The notes beneath the pieces were generated by a model that saw nothing but the letters and a program-made list of their open reading frames with translations, did no database searches and was not told the origin of the DNA. From Tubulanus polymorphus (Eukaryota > Animalia > Nemertea): a stretch of DNA of 64,000 nt. The stretch covers positions 28,492,150 to 28,556,149 of the forward strand of contig NC_134026.1 in assembly GCF_964204645.1 (NCBI RefSeq), in the 5' to 3' direction. Each line of letters starts with the position of its first letter. Position 1 is the stretch's first letter. A program made the position numbers and the translations under genes. Below, in pieces: positions 1 to 11,710 of the stretch.

Positions 1-619
1 CGCTCCATTCACACACCGCCCCAACATGGATGCAAACTTTACCGTCGAAGTCACGGAGAGGAGGACTAGTAAATTACCGAATCATGACACTGAATTCGGT
101 TTATCTTATTACCAGTGGATAGTATGTAAAGCAAAATTGATTTAATTCAATTACACCGACACAAAGATAGTTTGAACTATTGCCCACTGGGAATTAGTTA
201 ATCACCATCATTGATGAAGCTTCAAACTAATGACAACTTATTAATAACTGGGTTTACAACTTTCGAATTAACAGTTGTTAACATCAACCGCCATCAACTT
301 AAAACCTCGGATCCTGTTTTACGAAATCATGAATACAATACCTCAATATTCCACTGATTTTCAGGTTAATAGCATCATCTATATGACATAAACATTAAGT
401 ACACTGCTTGCAATTACCTTTGTATTTTATCAATGCAGCATGCATTATGATACACGATTGTTAGTCTATGTCAAAATATTACTTGTTACGCCAGCGACTC
501 CATATAGTTTTCGTCAAGGGAATGTAACGTTTTTCGAATGATATCATAATAGTTTTTTATCAAAATTGATGTTCCCGCTGTTTCTCTTACTACATTTTGC
601 GTTGGAATTATTTAGTAAA

Positions 620-3300
620 TTAATTACACGCTTGTGCTGCTGGTCCTGTGATGGATGGGACTCGTTAGGATTGCTACACAGTTATCAAACCCCATAGCTT
701 AAACGTTATGCACCTGAACATTCAACGAAACGATTCAACACAATTTCTCCATAACTACAGTTGATACAGGATAGATATTGAGATTATAAAGAAATATTAT
801 TTCAATGTTTATCTAGTGCGGTAAATATGCTTTTCCTTGGGGGGTTAAGCATTACAGATACTCAACGATGATTCATTATCAATTTTTGCTTTGCTGCCAC
901 GCTATCCATCAAGACTCTCAAACCTACGTAGTTCATTGTCCATAATCGTTTAGATAACACTTGGCGGATAGTTATCATTCCGAGCGGCCTTTCTTAATTA
1001 CCTCTCGTAGAAACGTTTCGGAATATTTCCTGTCCGGTAAAACCCAGCTCACACTGCTACACTATATCTTAATACAGTACAGCTGTTTTGTTGTTGGATT
1101 TAATTCAGTTAACTTTTAACTTTTAAGATTTAACTAATTCTGGAGTGTGGGCTACTGGAGTGTCAGTAATTGCTCATTGTTCTATTATTAATAACTGCAG
1201 CGCTTTAGGCCTTGCGCTAACGCCACGACTGTGAGCGACATCAGTCGTTTGCATGCTGTCGATTTTCAGTGTTTTGTCGATAGTAACACCATCGTCGGTT
1301 TGTAACTGTTCTCTTCACCTTCGCAATCGAGCTGTTCGCGTAACTGCAACTGTGAATACTATATTTCTGGATACAGTCATCACCAGTCTCCGTAATAAAC
1401 ACTGGATTAGCAGTTAGACACAGCAGGTGGGTAAAGTTACTAAATATTCTAATAAAAACACCGAATTCCTCGTAAAAGTTTTCATAAATTGTGGGTTAAC
1501 ATTCGTGATTTTTTTGATTGACTGAAAACGATCTCATTTCGACATCAATTCAAGCCACCAGTTGGAAATATGTGGTTCCTAACAATCTACTTACTATTGA
1601 CATTGAAAGAGGGAATTTTCGGTCTTATTCGTATGATTGATTGATTTGATTTGGTGTCATTTACAAACTCACCACACCTGCCGGGAACGAAACAGGGGTT
1701 TAATGAACCCAATAGTTGAATAAACTGTGGTTAACTGCATTACATATGTATATTGAAAAATGATAGCCACATATACATATTGCATCACACTTAGAATCTG
1801 GTAATTGGAAATCGTTCCCACGTTAATTCAGTTTATTAACGATGTGAACATTTTGTAATACATGTTAAGTTGTCCGTCGAGTTGGAGATTCCTTCTATCC
1901 GTCAGACGCCAAAGTCACAATCAACAAAATCTTCTATTTTTACGCGAGATATATAATTAATGAATTATAATTATTTCTTTGCTAAATGAATCAGACGGAA
2001 CAGAATCGAATCAAAATTATTCCTTTGATTTGTTCGATCTATATGGAATATTGTTGATCATTATTGCGGAAAAGCACGAAGTGGCGCTGTGTTTGTGACG
2101 TAGTGCTACGTCACTGCAGAAGTACCGCAATGGCAACTAAAGGAAAGTAATTTTGTTTTGGCCTGTGGATTTGTTTTTTTGCCAAATGTCAATTCAATCC
2201 ATTTACCACAATCTGTTTTTTTCTGTGACGTTTTAATTTTCTTTTCCGTCGAATCCGCTGATTAGATTCCCAACATGTGTGTAATGTACAGTATACAAAA
2301 ACTAATTTTCTCTTTACGACTCATGGCTAAAGCGTACATATATTAGACCCCTTGACAGCGCAGAATCTCTCATCTCGTTAGTTTGAAATATCCCACGTTC
2401 TCTGGACTATATATCCTTATCTAGTAATTGGGAAATTTTGTCCATTAACTTTTTACTACTCGTTTGAAGTATATAAGAGGATTGACAATCATGTATAAAA
2501 CCATTTTGAAATTTCCGTTAACACCGAACGACAACAACGCTGAACGCGATCGTGGAGCAATGCGGAAAATGTATATACAGTTTAATGTATTCGATGACGA
2601 TGGAGGTATTGATTTTTTCTAAATGAATCATATACCGATAATCAAATCTAAAGTTTGTTAAATTGATAGTGTTTCGGGTGAGCTGCAGCACCTGATGGTT
2701 GCAGTGATTAAGACAGTTCGTTACAGTTTCCTCCAGTTCATTACAAGACGTCTCCGTTCTATTCGATATTCGATACTCGACTTTCGAAAATGGGATTAGT
2801 TTATCGATTTTCCATTTTAGTTAAACCTGAATCCCGGAGACGGTAATTCCCTGCAGTCCTTTTCGATCGTCGAATGCGAACGCGGCCTCTGATCGACAAA
2901 GGAATAAATAAAGAAAAACCGTCAATTGTATCAACGCTGACCGCTGTCATATTACAAATGGAACTGTCAGACGCGTATATTGAATGGCGGCATTGGCAAT
3001 AGCGGTTGATTAGCATTTCCAGTGAACGTCACATTGTTGTAAGGAGATAATGTTATTTCCGATTGACGAACGATAAAATAGCACAGTACAACGTTAAGGG
3101 TACCTGATATCTGATTGCCAGACTTCTCAACGATTGGTTTTACGGGAAACTCTTGCACTGCCACTCGGGGGAATATCCCGTCGGACACGAGCACTCATCA
3201 TCCGACTGAAGTGAGATTGAAGACGTTCGGCTCGTTCTTCAATCTCACAGTCTTCGTAAAAATGAAAACATTTAGTAATCCGTGGCTGGAAAATGAGCCA
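620..3300 (-). pseudogene. Frameshifted remnant of a multidomain extracellular protein (EGF-like, F5/8C discoidin, HYR, sushi-like segments); pseudogene or error-rich consensus
   Basis: Manual minus-strand translation across frames gives ECSCPTGY (~3170-3196); QPLLPMPPFNIRV..DSS, then IPLS-DQRP, LQGITVSGIQV, KVEYRIS and SIVIEYIKLY (discoidin-like, ~2520-3010); PPAVSNC.NPVFITETGD and DDGVTIDKTLKI...TDVAH (HYR-like, ~1210-1430); QCELGF (~1040-1057) and YPVSTVV (~755-772) (sushi-like). Every segment is broken by indels or stops. Domain calls are by eye; boundaries are approximate. Confidence 0.45.
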
Positions 3301-5082
3301 CCTCGATTGAAATAGAGATATCATAAGAAATGAAAAAAAACTTGATCTATCATTCTAACATCTTGAAAGGTGGAAGTTCTCTTTTAACTCATGATTCTAT
3401 CGATGTTCTACCATGTTAATCCGCGTGAACTGTTTCGTTCACACGCAATGAAAATATGCTCCTGGTAGGCCTATTGATCTACGTATTTAAAATCGGGCAG
3501 AATTCTCTTCCACTTCAATCTCAGGTAGAACGAACCTACAAGTGCAGAAGGTTGCCATGATGATGTCTCGAAAATCTGGACAATTTCACGGTACGACCGG
3601 AGAGGAGAATACAAATACACTCATTACTGCTCTATTTACATAAAGTAGGGGTAACATGAGAAAGGCAGAGCAAGGCCACATATTCAATTATATAGCATCA
3701 CCTACATACACTCCATCCTTGTCGGAGACATTCTTACGTAAGACTAAAGGTGTTTAAATCGCGAATAGAAAAAAAATCCAATTTTTTCTTCGGTCGTATA
3801 AAGATTAGAGACAAGTGGTCGTAAATTCGTGGTCACGATAATACGTAATTTAAGCACGGTCTGCACCTTTTAACCTGTGCAATTTAGCGGCAGTAAAAGA
3901 TTCGCCGGTAATCGTAGCTGACTGGTATCGGACAAACCAGGTATTAAATGCGAGGATAATTGTCGGGAAACGACTGCGCATATTGAAACCGAAAATGCAC
4001 AGCCACCGACAAATACCGTTTCTTCGCAAGCTTCTCATTCAATACGCTGTTACATTGGCTTTACCCATTAGCGTGTGTATAACTCAACCGTGTACCTTGC
4101 ATCGTGTTTCACCTGTGAAGGCAAGCGAAGAAAAAGTCCTACTGATATTATCTTTCTAAACAGAATCTTTGATGCTTTAAGCTATACTTCATAGCAGGTG
4201 ATGTTTTTCGATCGCAAATGATTTAGTTAGCAATCATTCTAAAATGCACATTATGTACGTTAAAACAGTCGATGAGAAAGGATTCGTCTAAGTTTGTCCG
4301 TTATTAGTATGATCTCAATTTTCTCATAACTCACACCATGGCCATTAGATTCCTATCAAGAACACATCTTCAAAATAGTGTTGTTTTGTGTCTTGTGCGA
4401 ACAAAGTATAAAGAAATGGGGGAACATCCTTTATATACGTATTATCAAGCATCTTGAATATCATTTTATCGTGAAGCAACTTTTGCCATTACGAATTTCG
4501 GATGATAACTGTTATCTCGTCAAAGCATTCACACGAGACTCTGGGTGCCCCAGCTGATATGCCAAATCAGATAACGAGAATGGAGATAATTCAATAGTTA
4601 ATATACGTATGCAGCTGGACGCATCGTGGAATCCTTTGGGAACTTATGACATAAACAATATTTTCCGCATTACGTACTTGCAGTTCTCATATATTCATCA
4701 AGGTTATACGTGGAGCAAAGTGGTGGATATATATTATTGATATCCGAAACATCTCTTCTTAATCCAAATCTCCTTTAAATACCGTCTACAGATGAGTAGC
4801 GCCAGCCTAATGGTGCATCGATGCAATTGATACGTCTAGATGCAAGAGACTAAGTGAAAGGTTCGCGAGTATTTTGCCGTCGACTGTAATAGCATTAGAA
4901 TCTCAACGGCGTCGCGTCAACACTCCTATATTTTCTGGGAATAACAATGATGCGAAATGTTTTCTATAATACAAAAATCCAACGACGGTGCATAAAAGAA
5001 AACATGACATTCCTGATGGATTCTTCGTGTTACGAGTCGCTCTGGCGGCCGATTTGAGCAGTTGCAACCGAAGTAGAGTCTA

Positions 5083-5096
5083 GTTGCCGTAGCAAC
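5083..5096. promoter_or_regulatory. RFX X-box-like palindrome GTTGCCGTAGCAAC
   Basis: Matches the X-box consensus GTHNYY-AT-RRNAAC with one mismatch in the central AT; lies in a locally GC-richer stretch. Confidence 0.3.
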
Positions 5097-6300
5097 CACC
5101 TGTTGTTTTTCTGTCTCCGTTTTTAGTCAAAACGTCTCTTATCAAAACCGTCGGATTCTCTTGAGAAACTTAACTTCCTAATATAGTTGAAATTCAGTTT
5201 AAAAGTCCACTAACGCTACGAAAGCTATTTTTGTAGGGGATCATTTAGGATAGTATGTGGTTTACCGAATGTTGATGATGACAATGTCGATGTTGACAAT
5301 GACATTTCATGTCCAAAACTTAACGACTACCTTTTTAAACGACACTTTCTGGTAGAAAAAGGTAACGTGTAAAGATATCTATGAAATGAATAATCATCGT
5401 ACGACGAAAGTTCTAAGGGCTATAGTGGTAGCACGTTCAACTATCAAATTGTGAAATCTTTCTTGTATGTCGGCTGGTGTGACGTCATTCGACATTTGAA
5501 GCGACCAGCAGACGATGAAGAGCCATACCATCAATTTTTCGGTCAATTAGTAGTAGCCCTAGTCGTGATGATCATCGAATGAAAGCAATACACGGAGAGA
5601 TGATTAGACAAATAGAGTCCAACGAGATCGATCATCATATTTCTTCTTGATCTTCAATAAATATTGGAAGACTAAGCGACCTTGGTATTTACATGTTGGT
5701 TGGGGAACTTTTTCAGGAGAATAATGATTCTGCAATATCAGTACTCCTCGCGTGTGTCTATCTCGTTATTCACGCTCCAACAAGGAAGTTATGAATGCAA
5801 ATGCAAGCTGTGCAAGTTTCGAAACTAACTGTATGTCTACATTTATGTATTGATGTTGGGACGACAGCTGGACTGACACACAATAAGCTTGCCACGCTAT
5901 TTGTGATGTCGCAAATTTATACCGTTTTTATAGAACAAAAGTGGATTAACACGCGTATATGAGTTGATGTACCGCATCACTAGCATTGTACACAATACAG
6001 ATTCATAGAATGTGACTATTTCGACAGATTTTCATACGTTAAAAATAGACACAGCTTTTTCACCGAGTGAGGAGTAATTAGAACAACGAATTTTCTAATT
6101 CTAGTTGTGAAGATGTGGCGTTGAAATGGATATCTACAGCAAGAGCAACTGAAGGTAAATAAACAAGAAATCATTTTTTGTGTATGAAATCAGCTGAATT
6201 CAGCCAGCAACTTAAGTTTTAAATCATTGAAATACATCAAAGTATAGATAGATTCATACGATGATCCATTGATTTGGAAAATTATATGTGTTAGTACATA

Positions 6301-6489
6301 GCGGCGTTCAAGCTCGCGAAAAGTCCGTTCTAAATTAGTCCGTCTCATTTTAGAACGGACCAAGGAAGACGATCCAGGTCTGTTCTAAATTTCATACCGT
6401 AGCATTGATTTCGTTCGTTCGAAAGTGGTTCATTCAAAGTACGGGCCAAATTGGAACGGACTTCGTAGCGATAGTGCAGTGAACGCTGC
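6301..6489. mobile_element. Non-autonomous DNA transposon (MITE) with ~45-bp degenerate terminal inverted repeats
   Basis: Left GCGGCGTTCA...AAGTCCGTTCTAAATTAGTCCGT matches the reverse complement of right ACGGGCCAAATTGGAACGGACTT...TGAACGCTGC; TA flanks both ends. A related degraded copy lies at ~36211-36428 (CACGGGCCAAATTTGA...GTGTAATCGCTGCT). Confidence 0.65.
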
Positions 6490-9400
6490 TATCACTTCCT
6501 GCTTTGTACAATTTGCTCCAAAACTAATTCAACAAGTGATTAGAATTTAATCAGCTGATTTAACTTCTGGATTGCAAATATGAATAGGCCGTCAATGGAG
6601 CATCGTCCTGTCTCTTTACACAAACTGTATTTGTATTCAGTTTACCTCGTGTGTTTGTGTGTATGTATTTATGTATGAACATTCTCACAGTGTAGGCAAA
6701 TTGCTGAGAGAAATATAAGGCAAAAATGTGCAGAATCTTATACTGTTAAAGAATACCTGTTACTGTGTTGTTTGGAAAACAGTTGTTATTGTTCATCTAC
6801 GTTTTTACGATTACACAAATCTACACAGTAAAGTACAATCATACTCTCTCACGGTACTTCAAAATAACTTCATAACGTGAGGCGTCTACGTCTACAACCA
6901 TTGATACGGGACGGATGCCAGATATCAGACTTTTTGAGAATTATCATATCATATATCGTATCCACGTGCTTTAAGATGTAGATATTGCGTGTAATAACAT
7001 CGTCAGTAAGGTACGTAACTATCACGTCGATGGTCTGAAAAATTCTTTGAAACAATATCAAACAACTTTGCAATTTAAAACGTATACTCGATTCTTGATA
7101 GCTTCACCTGCGTTAGTACACGGTATAATTATGTCGGCTATTTTTGTCCCATAGCAGGTGAAACAGCCATCTATATTTTATCATCTCTCGACAAAATTCG
7201 CTAGACCAGATGTTTCTTGGACGTTTTATGTCTTGTTTATCGTTATTGTATTATACACAGGACCACGTGTAGTAATGCCGAGGAATTGTTTTCTTACTTT
7301 GTTGGACTAAAATTTCTAAACATAAACCTCACCAAAAAGAAGGAAATAGTAAAGTATTTCTCTCAAACTTTGATTTCGTAATTACGTTTTTATTTTTATA
7401 ACAACAAAAAAGCAGTTTGGCCATGCTGGCCGGTGCATAACTAACCGTTATCTATTTCACCGTTATCTCTGAATATACGGTGACGTCTTTCACTGACATG
7501 TGACTGAACTAGCCTGATGTTTCATATTTTGAAAAATATGGAACTTCAAATATCAACTTAGCAACGGAACATTAAGCATTTCAAAACAATTATGTACATT
7601 ATATCAGAACCCTCTGAGCGTTGATGCATTCGATATTGCCATGGAGAAGCTTGAAGAAAATTATTGGTTTGGTGACGACCATTGCCTATTAACTATGCAA
7701 AAATCTTCCCGACGCACATTCCAGACTATTTTTAAGTTTATAGCCTCACAGATAATTACATTTTTATCGGATAAATTTCGTAAACGGTGAAATAATCGAT
7801 CAAAAGACTGTCAATGATGAATCTGAAATTTAATTTCCCACAAGCGCTTTTAAATTGTGGCATATAGACTAAATTAATTATTCGACGATGTGTACACAAC
7901 GCATCTGTCTCATGGGCAAATCGAATCTATTGGATCCCGAGTGATCCGGCATTATCATTACCATCACACGGACGATCAACTTTGGGGATAGGTCCGATTT
8001 TCATTGAATTGCTCACATTTCATATCCATTTGTCATTTGCGTGAATGGTATAGAAATATGAGCGTGCTGTATCAGTAAACAGCGAAAGCGCCGTATTAAA
8101 AACAGATGCCGCACGAAAACAAATTTTTTTGGGGGAAATATTGACCAAATCGAATCTATAGTCGATTATGTAAGGCTGTGACGGTGGTAACATATGGACG
8201 TACTGTTCTCGCCTGCACGAAACGTGATGTAATTTAATCCAACTTTCTTCGAACCGTTTGTACGAGTCTCGTGGGTTTTAGAAAAAAAAACCTGCAGAGA
8301 CAGCAATTATCCGGCGAGGTGAGCTATTTTTGCTTGGAAAGTCAGTTAATATGCATTGTGTATATAATGTGTACCCTGTGGGTGTCGTCAACATGTTCAT
8401 CATTGATTCCGCCATTACATTACATTTCCGTTAATTTACTCCGTCATTGTCAACAGCGTTTAATGAACACCATCAACAACAACACTATAACTCTCATCAG
8501 GAGTAATGTATATGAACAATTCGTCCATTAGTTTAGGTACGATGTATCATCGGTTTTCCTGTTCTACTCCGCTTACAGCTTGTCCTTGCGCGGAAACTTT
8601 GTCAAATTGTGAAAGGTATATCTCAAAAAGCAAGGTTCTGCCAATTTTCGTGTTTTGCGCACTTCATATGGATTTACTGGATGCTGCATGGTTTTTGTTA
8701 CTGCTACCGATAAAATGAAAATGCGCGGTACATTGCCGATCTATCCTCGTGGGAACATAACAGTTTTATAACATCGCAAGACGGAATTATCTTTTCGTCT
8801 ACCGTTGAGTAATTATTCGGGACAAAATAGCACAACGGTACAGTAGAACATTAATTGAAAACAACCGTCGCCTTCTCAAGCAGATGAGATACGTATTTTT
8901 CAAGTTGCCAGATCCAGCATAGAGAGGTTCTCTTAAAAAGCAATATGTACCAGAACGACTACGTGGAATAACGATGTATTGTACATTTTTGCAAGCCATA
9001 ATTTTTTTTTGAAATAGGGGAATTGCGGCTCTTATTATTGATTTGAATTGATTTGGTGCCCCTTACAAAGTCATCACACATCGAGATTTGAAAATGAATG
9101 GTTCAAGGTCTAATACTGTCCGTTAACCCTGAATTATACTTATTGCAAATACTCAAATCGGATACAATGAAATTAAGTGAAACCTTTATTTATTGCACCT
9201 ATACATCTATACATTTTCTTATCGTTTTCAAAGATTCAGTAATTCTTTGCGTGTTCTTTCTTCTGAAGATTCGATACAAATGAATATAACTGATATTTGA
9301 AAGAACGATATCGCGATAAACAAGACGTTTCGCGAATTAGATTTGTTTGCTGTTGTGGGTGATATTTTCCATATGAAAGATGGATATTTTCTGTGAATGA

Positions 9401-10756
9401 ACCTCTCAAGACGATGTTTACTGGCAACCGCTATCATTCAATATCCAGAAGTTTCCTGGCGATACTAGCATACACGACGATATATACATATATCGTCCAA
9501 TTTACGTGTTCGTTGGATGTTGGTTCGTTGTCGTCATACCAATTAGGCATTAGTCGCTGTGAGAATGTGTCTGGGATTATATATTCTTGTCTCATCGTCA
9601 GTGTAAATGGCTCTAACGAATGACAAATCAACTGTATGTGTCCCGGCATACATCGTCCATTAACGCCATGCTGCTATAGTACTCGACGGTTTCTTGTCAA
9701 CAAGACACGAGGGAGCTCTATCGAATCTCAATCCCCGCCAGATTAATGAGGAACGTCCCGCAACAGAATCGCCAATCGCAGAGTTTTGAAATCATAAGGA
9801 GACGCGGCAGTTGAATCAAAAACAACGCAGACGACTGGCTTACGATGTCTGAATACGGTTTATTATAATTTATGTATTTCATATACGTTTACACTTCGTA
9901 CGTAGTTTGTATAGGTTTTTGTGTATTTCCCACTAATGTGTGAACAAAATAAAAAGCAAATTATAGCCTCCGGTATCACGTGCTAAGAATGCCTGTAATG
10001 AATGTCCGTAACGTAATACGTGACCATTGACAAACTCATTATGAGTCGCTTTCGAACTATGTTTTTACAGGGGGCCGAAAATGCGATGTAGAGACACGTA
10101 TTTATGTGAATGTGATCGTCTCCGGTCTTATTAGAAGGATATAAAAAATCACAATCCATGCTCTGATGAAGTGAAGGATATTGGCAATAAAGAAGTTGGA
10201 AAATAAACGCTGTTTATTTGATGGATTTCTGTCGTGCGGATCGATCGTTAACCCGCTGGTATTTCGGCCTCATTACACGCTGATTGACTAGACAAATAGC
10301 CCTATCATCATTGCCCTCAGCGTACGAGCGCAAAAACCTTATATTTACTTGTTTCGTCCTTTCATCCGTCTTTCATCTCTTTACGTTTCATGTTTCTAGT
10401 TATTTCAGCTTCTTTTCTGCCAGTTCGCCTCGCTTCCTCGTTGATATACTACAAGAAATCTCCATAAGATGCAGTGTTCATGGAATATTTCCGATATCTT
10501 TTCAGATAGAGACATAAATAATAACTGGAGATCATATAACGGAACAGTTGCGAAGGGTAGGTATGATTGTACTGATAAAGGAATCCAGGCACCCTGTACC
10601 CTTAAGGGAGTATCTTTATTACTCGCATTAGAACAGAGAATTATGAATTATGTAAGAGCTATTTATCTACACGAAATAGCATTTAAGTATATTGTGCAGA
10701 AACACGTATTGCAGTCAACTAATGCTTTCTATCGTTGCAGATATCAACGGAAGAAT

Positions 10757-11710
10757 ATGGGGAACAGCAACAGCAATAAAAAGCTTCCACAGGAGGACTT
10801 GAATTTCCTGATGACTAACACGCAATTCACCAAAAAACAGATTAAGAAATGGTACAAGGGTTTCATAGTGAGTAGACTTTCGTATATCCGAGAGAATCAG
10901 CTGACTTAACCTCTACCTAGGCATCAATGTTATTAATAATGCTCTTTGGTATCTTTTCTTGCAGAAAGATTGTCCGTGTGGACAGCTTAGCCGGAAGAAG
11001 TTTATCGAAGTTTACTCTGGATTCTTTCCGGATGGCAATGCCGAAGAGTTCTGTACACACGTATTCCGAACGTTCGACAAGGATAACAGCGGAAAGATCG
11101 ACTTCAATGAATTCCTACTAGCTATAAACATTACATCGTCTGGCAAACCAGAGGAGAAACTCAACTGGGCATTCCAAATGTACGACATTGACGGCAATGG
11201 TTCAATCGAACGCAGTGAGATGGAGGAGATTATCAAAGTACGTAAACTCACCATGAACTCAAAATCATTCCTAAGTACCTCCACCAATTAACAATATACT
11301 CCTGTATTGTATCTGATAATCATTTAATATTTCAAATAAGAAAACTAACTGAAAGTACGCCAATATATACAATTGTAATAATATAATTGTAAATGACGTA
11401 GCACACTAAAATCCTTTAGATAACGGATAGTAGTTATGTTAGCAATGTGTAAAGAATCTTTGTTTGTAACCGTTTTTTGAATACTTGAATGTTTGAATTT
11501 TTAAAGGCAATCTACATGATGATTGGAACCGTTATATCAGCTGAAGAAATGTCTCCGCAGAAACGAACGAATGAGATCTTTGATAAAATGGACAAGAATA
11601 AAGATGGCGTGCTAACGAAAGAGGAATTCGTAAACGGATGTTTAGCGGACAAGCAGCTCTATTCTATCTTACTGGCAGATGAAGCTCCCGAGGAGGTCGG
11701 AGAAGAATGA
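10757..11710 (+). CDS. ncs-2: Neuronal calcium sensor (recoverin/NCS family, NCS-2/neurocalcin-like), 195 aa
   Basis: Exons 10757-10867, 10965-11237, 11507-11710, all phase-0 GT-AG. N-myristoylation motif MGNSNS, WYKGF.KDCP.G (cryptic EF1), EF-hand loops [36 protein letters not shown]. Acceptor at 10740 and a probable 5'UTR exon at ~10506-10560. Family is certain; orthologue name is tentative. Confidence 0.95.

Noticed and set aside
10469-10756. N-terminal extension of the 146-aa ORF upstream of the NCS ATG
   Set aside because: Intron and 5'UTR; acceptor at 10740 and the myristoylation motif fix the start at 10757.
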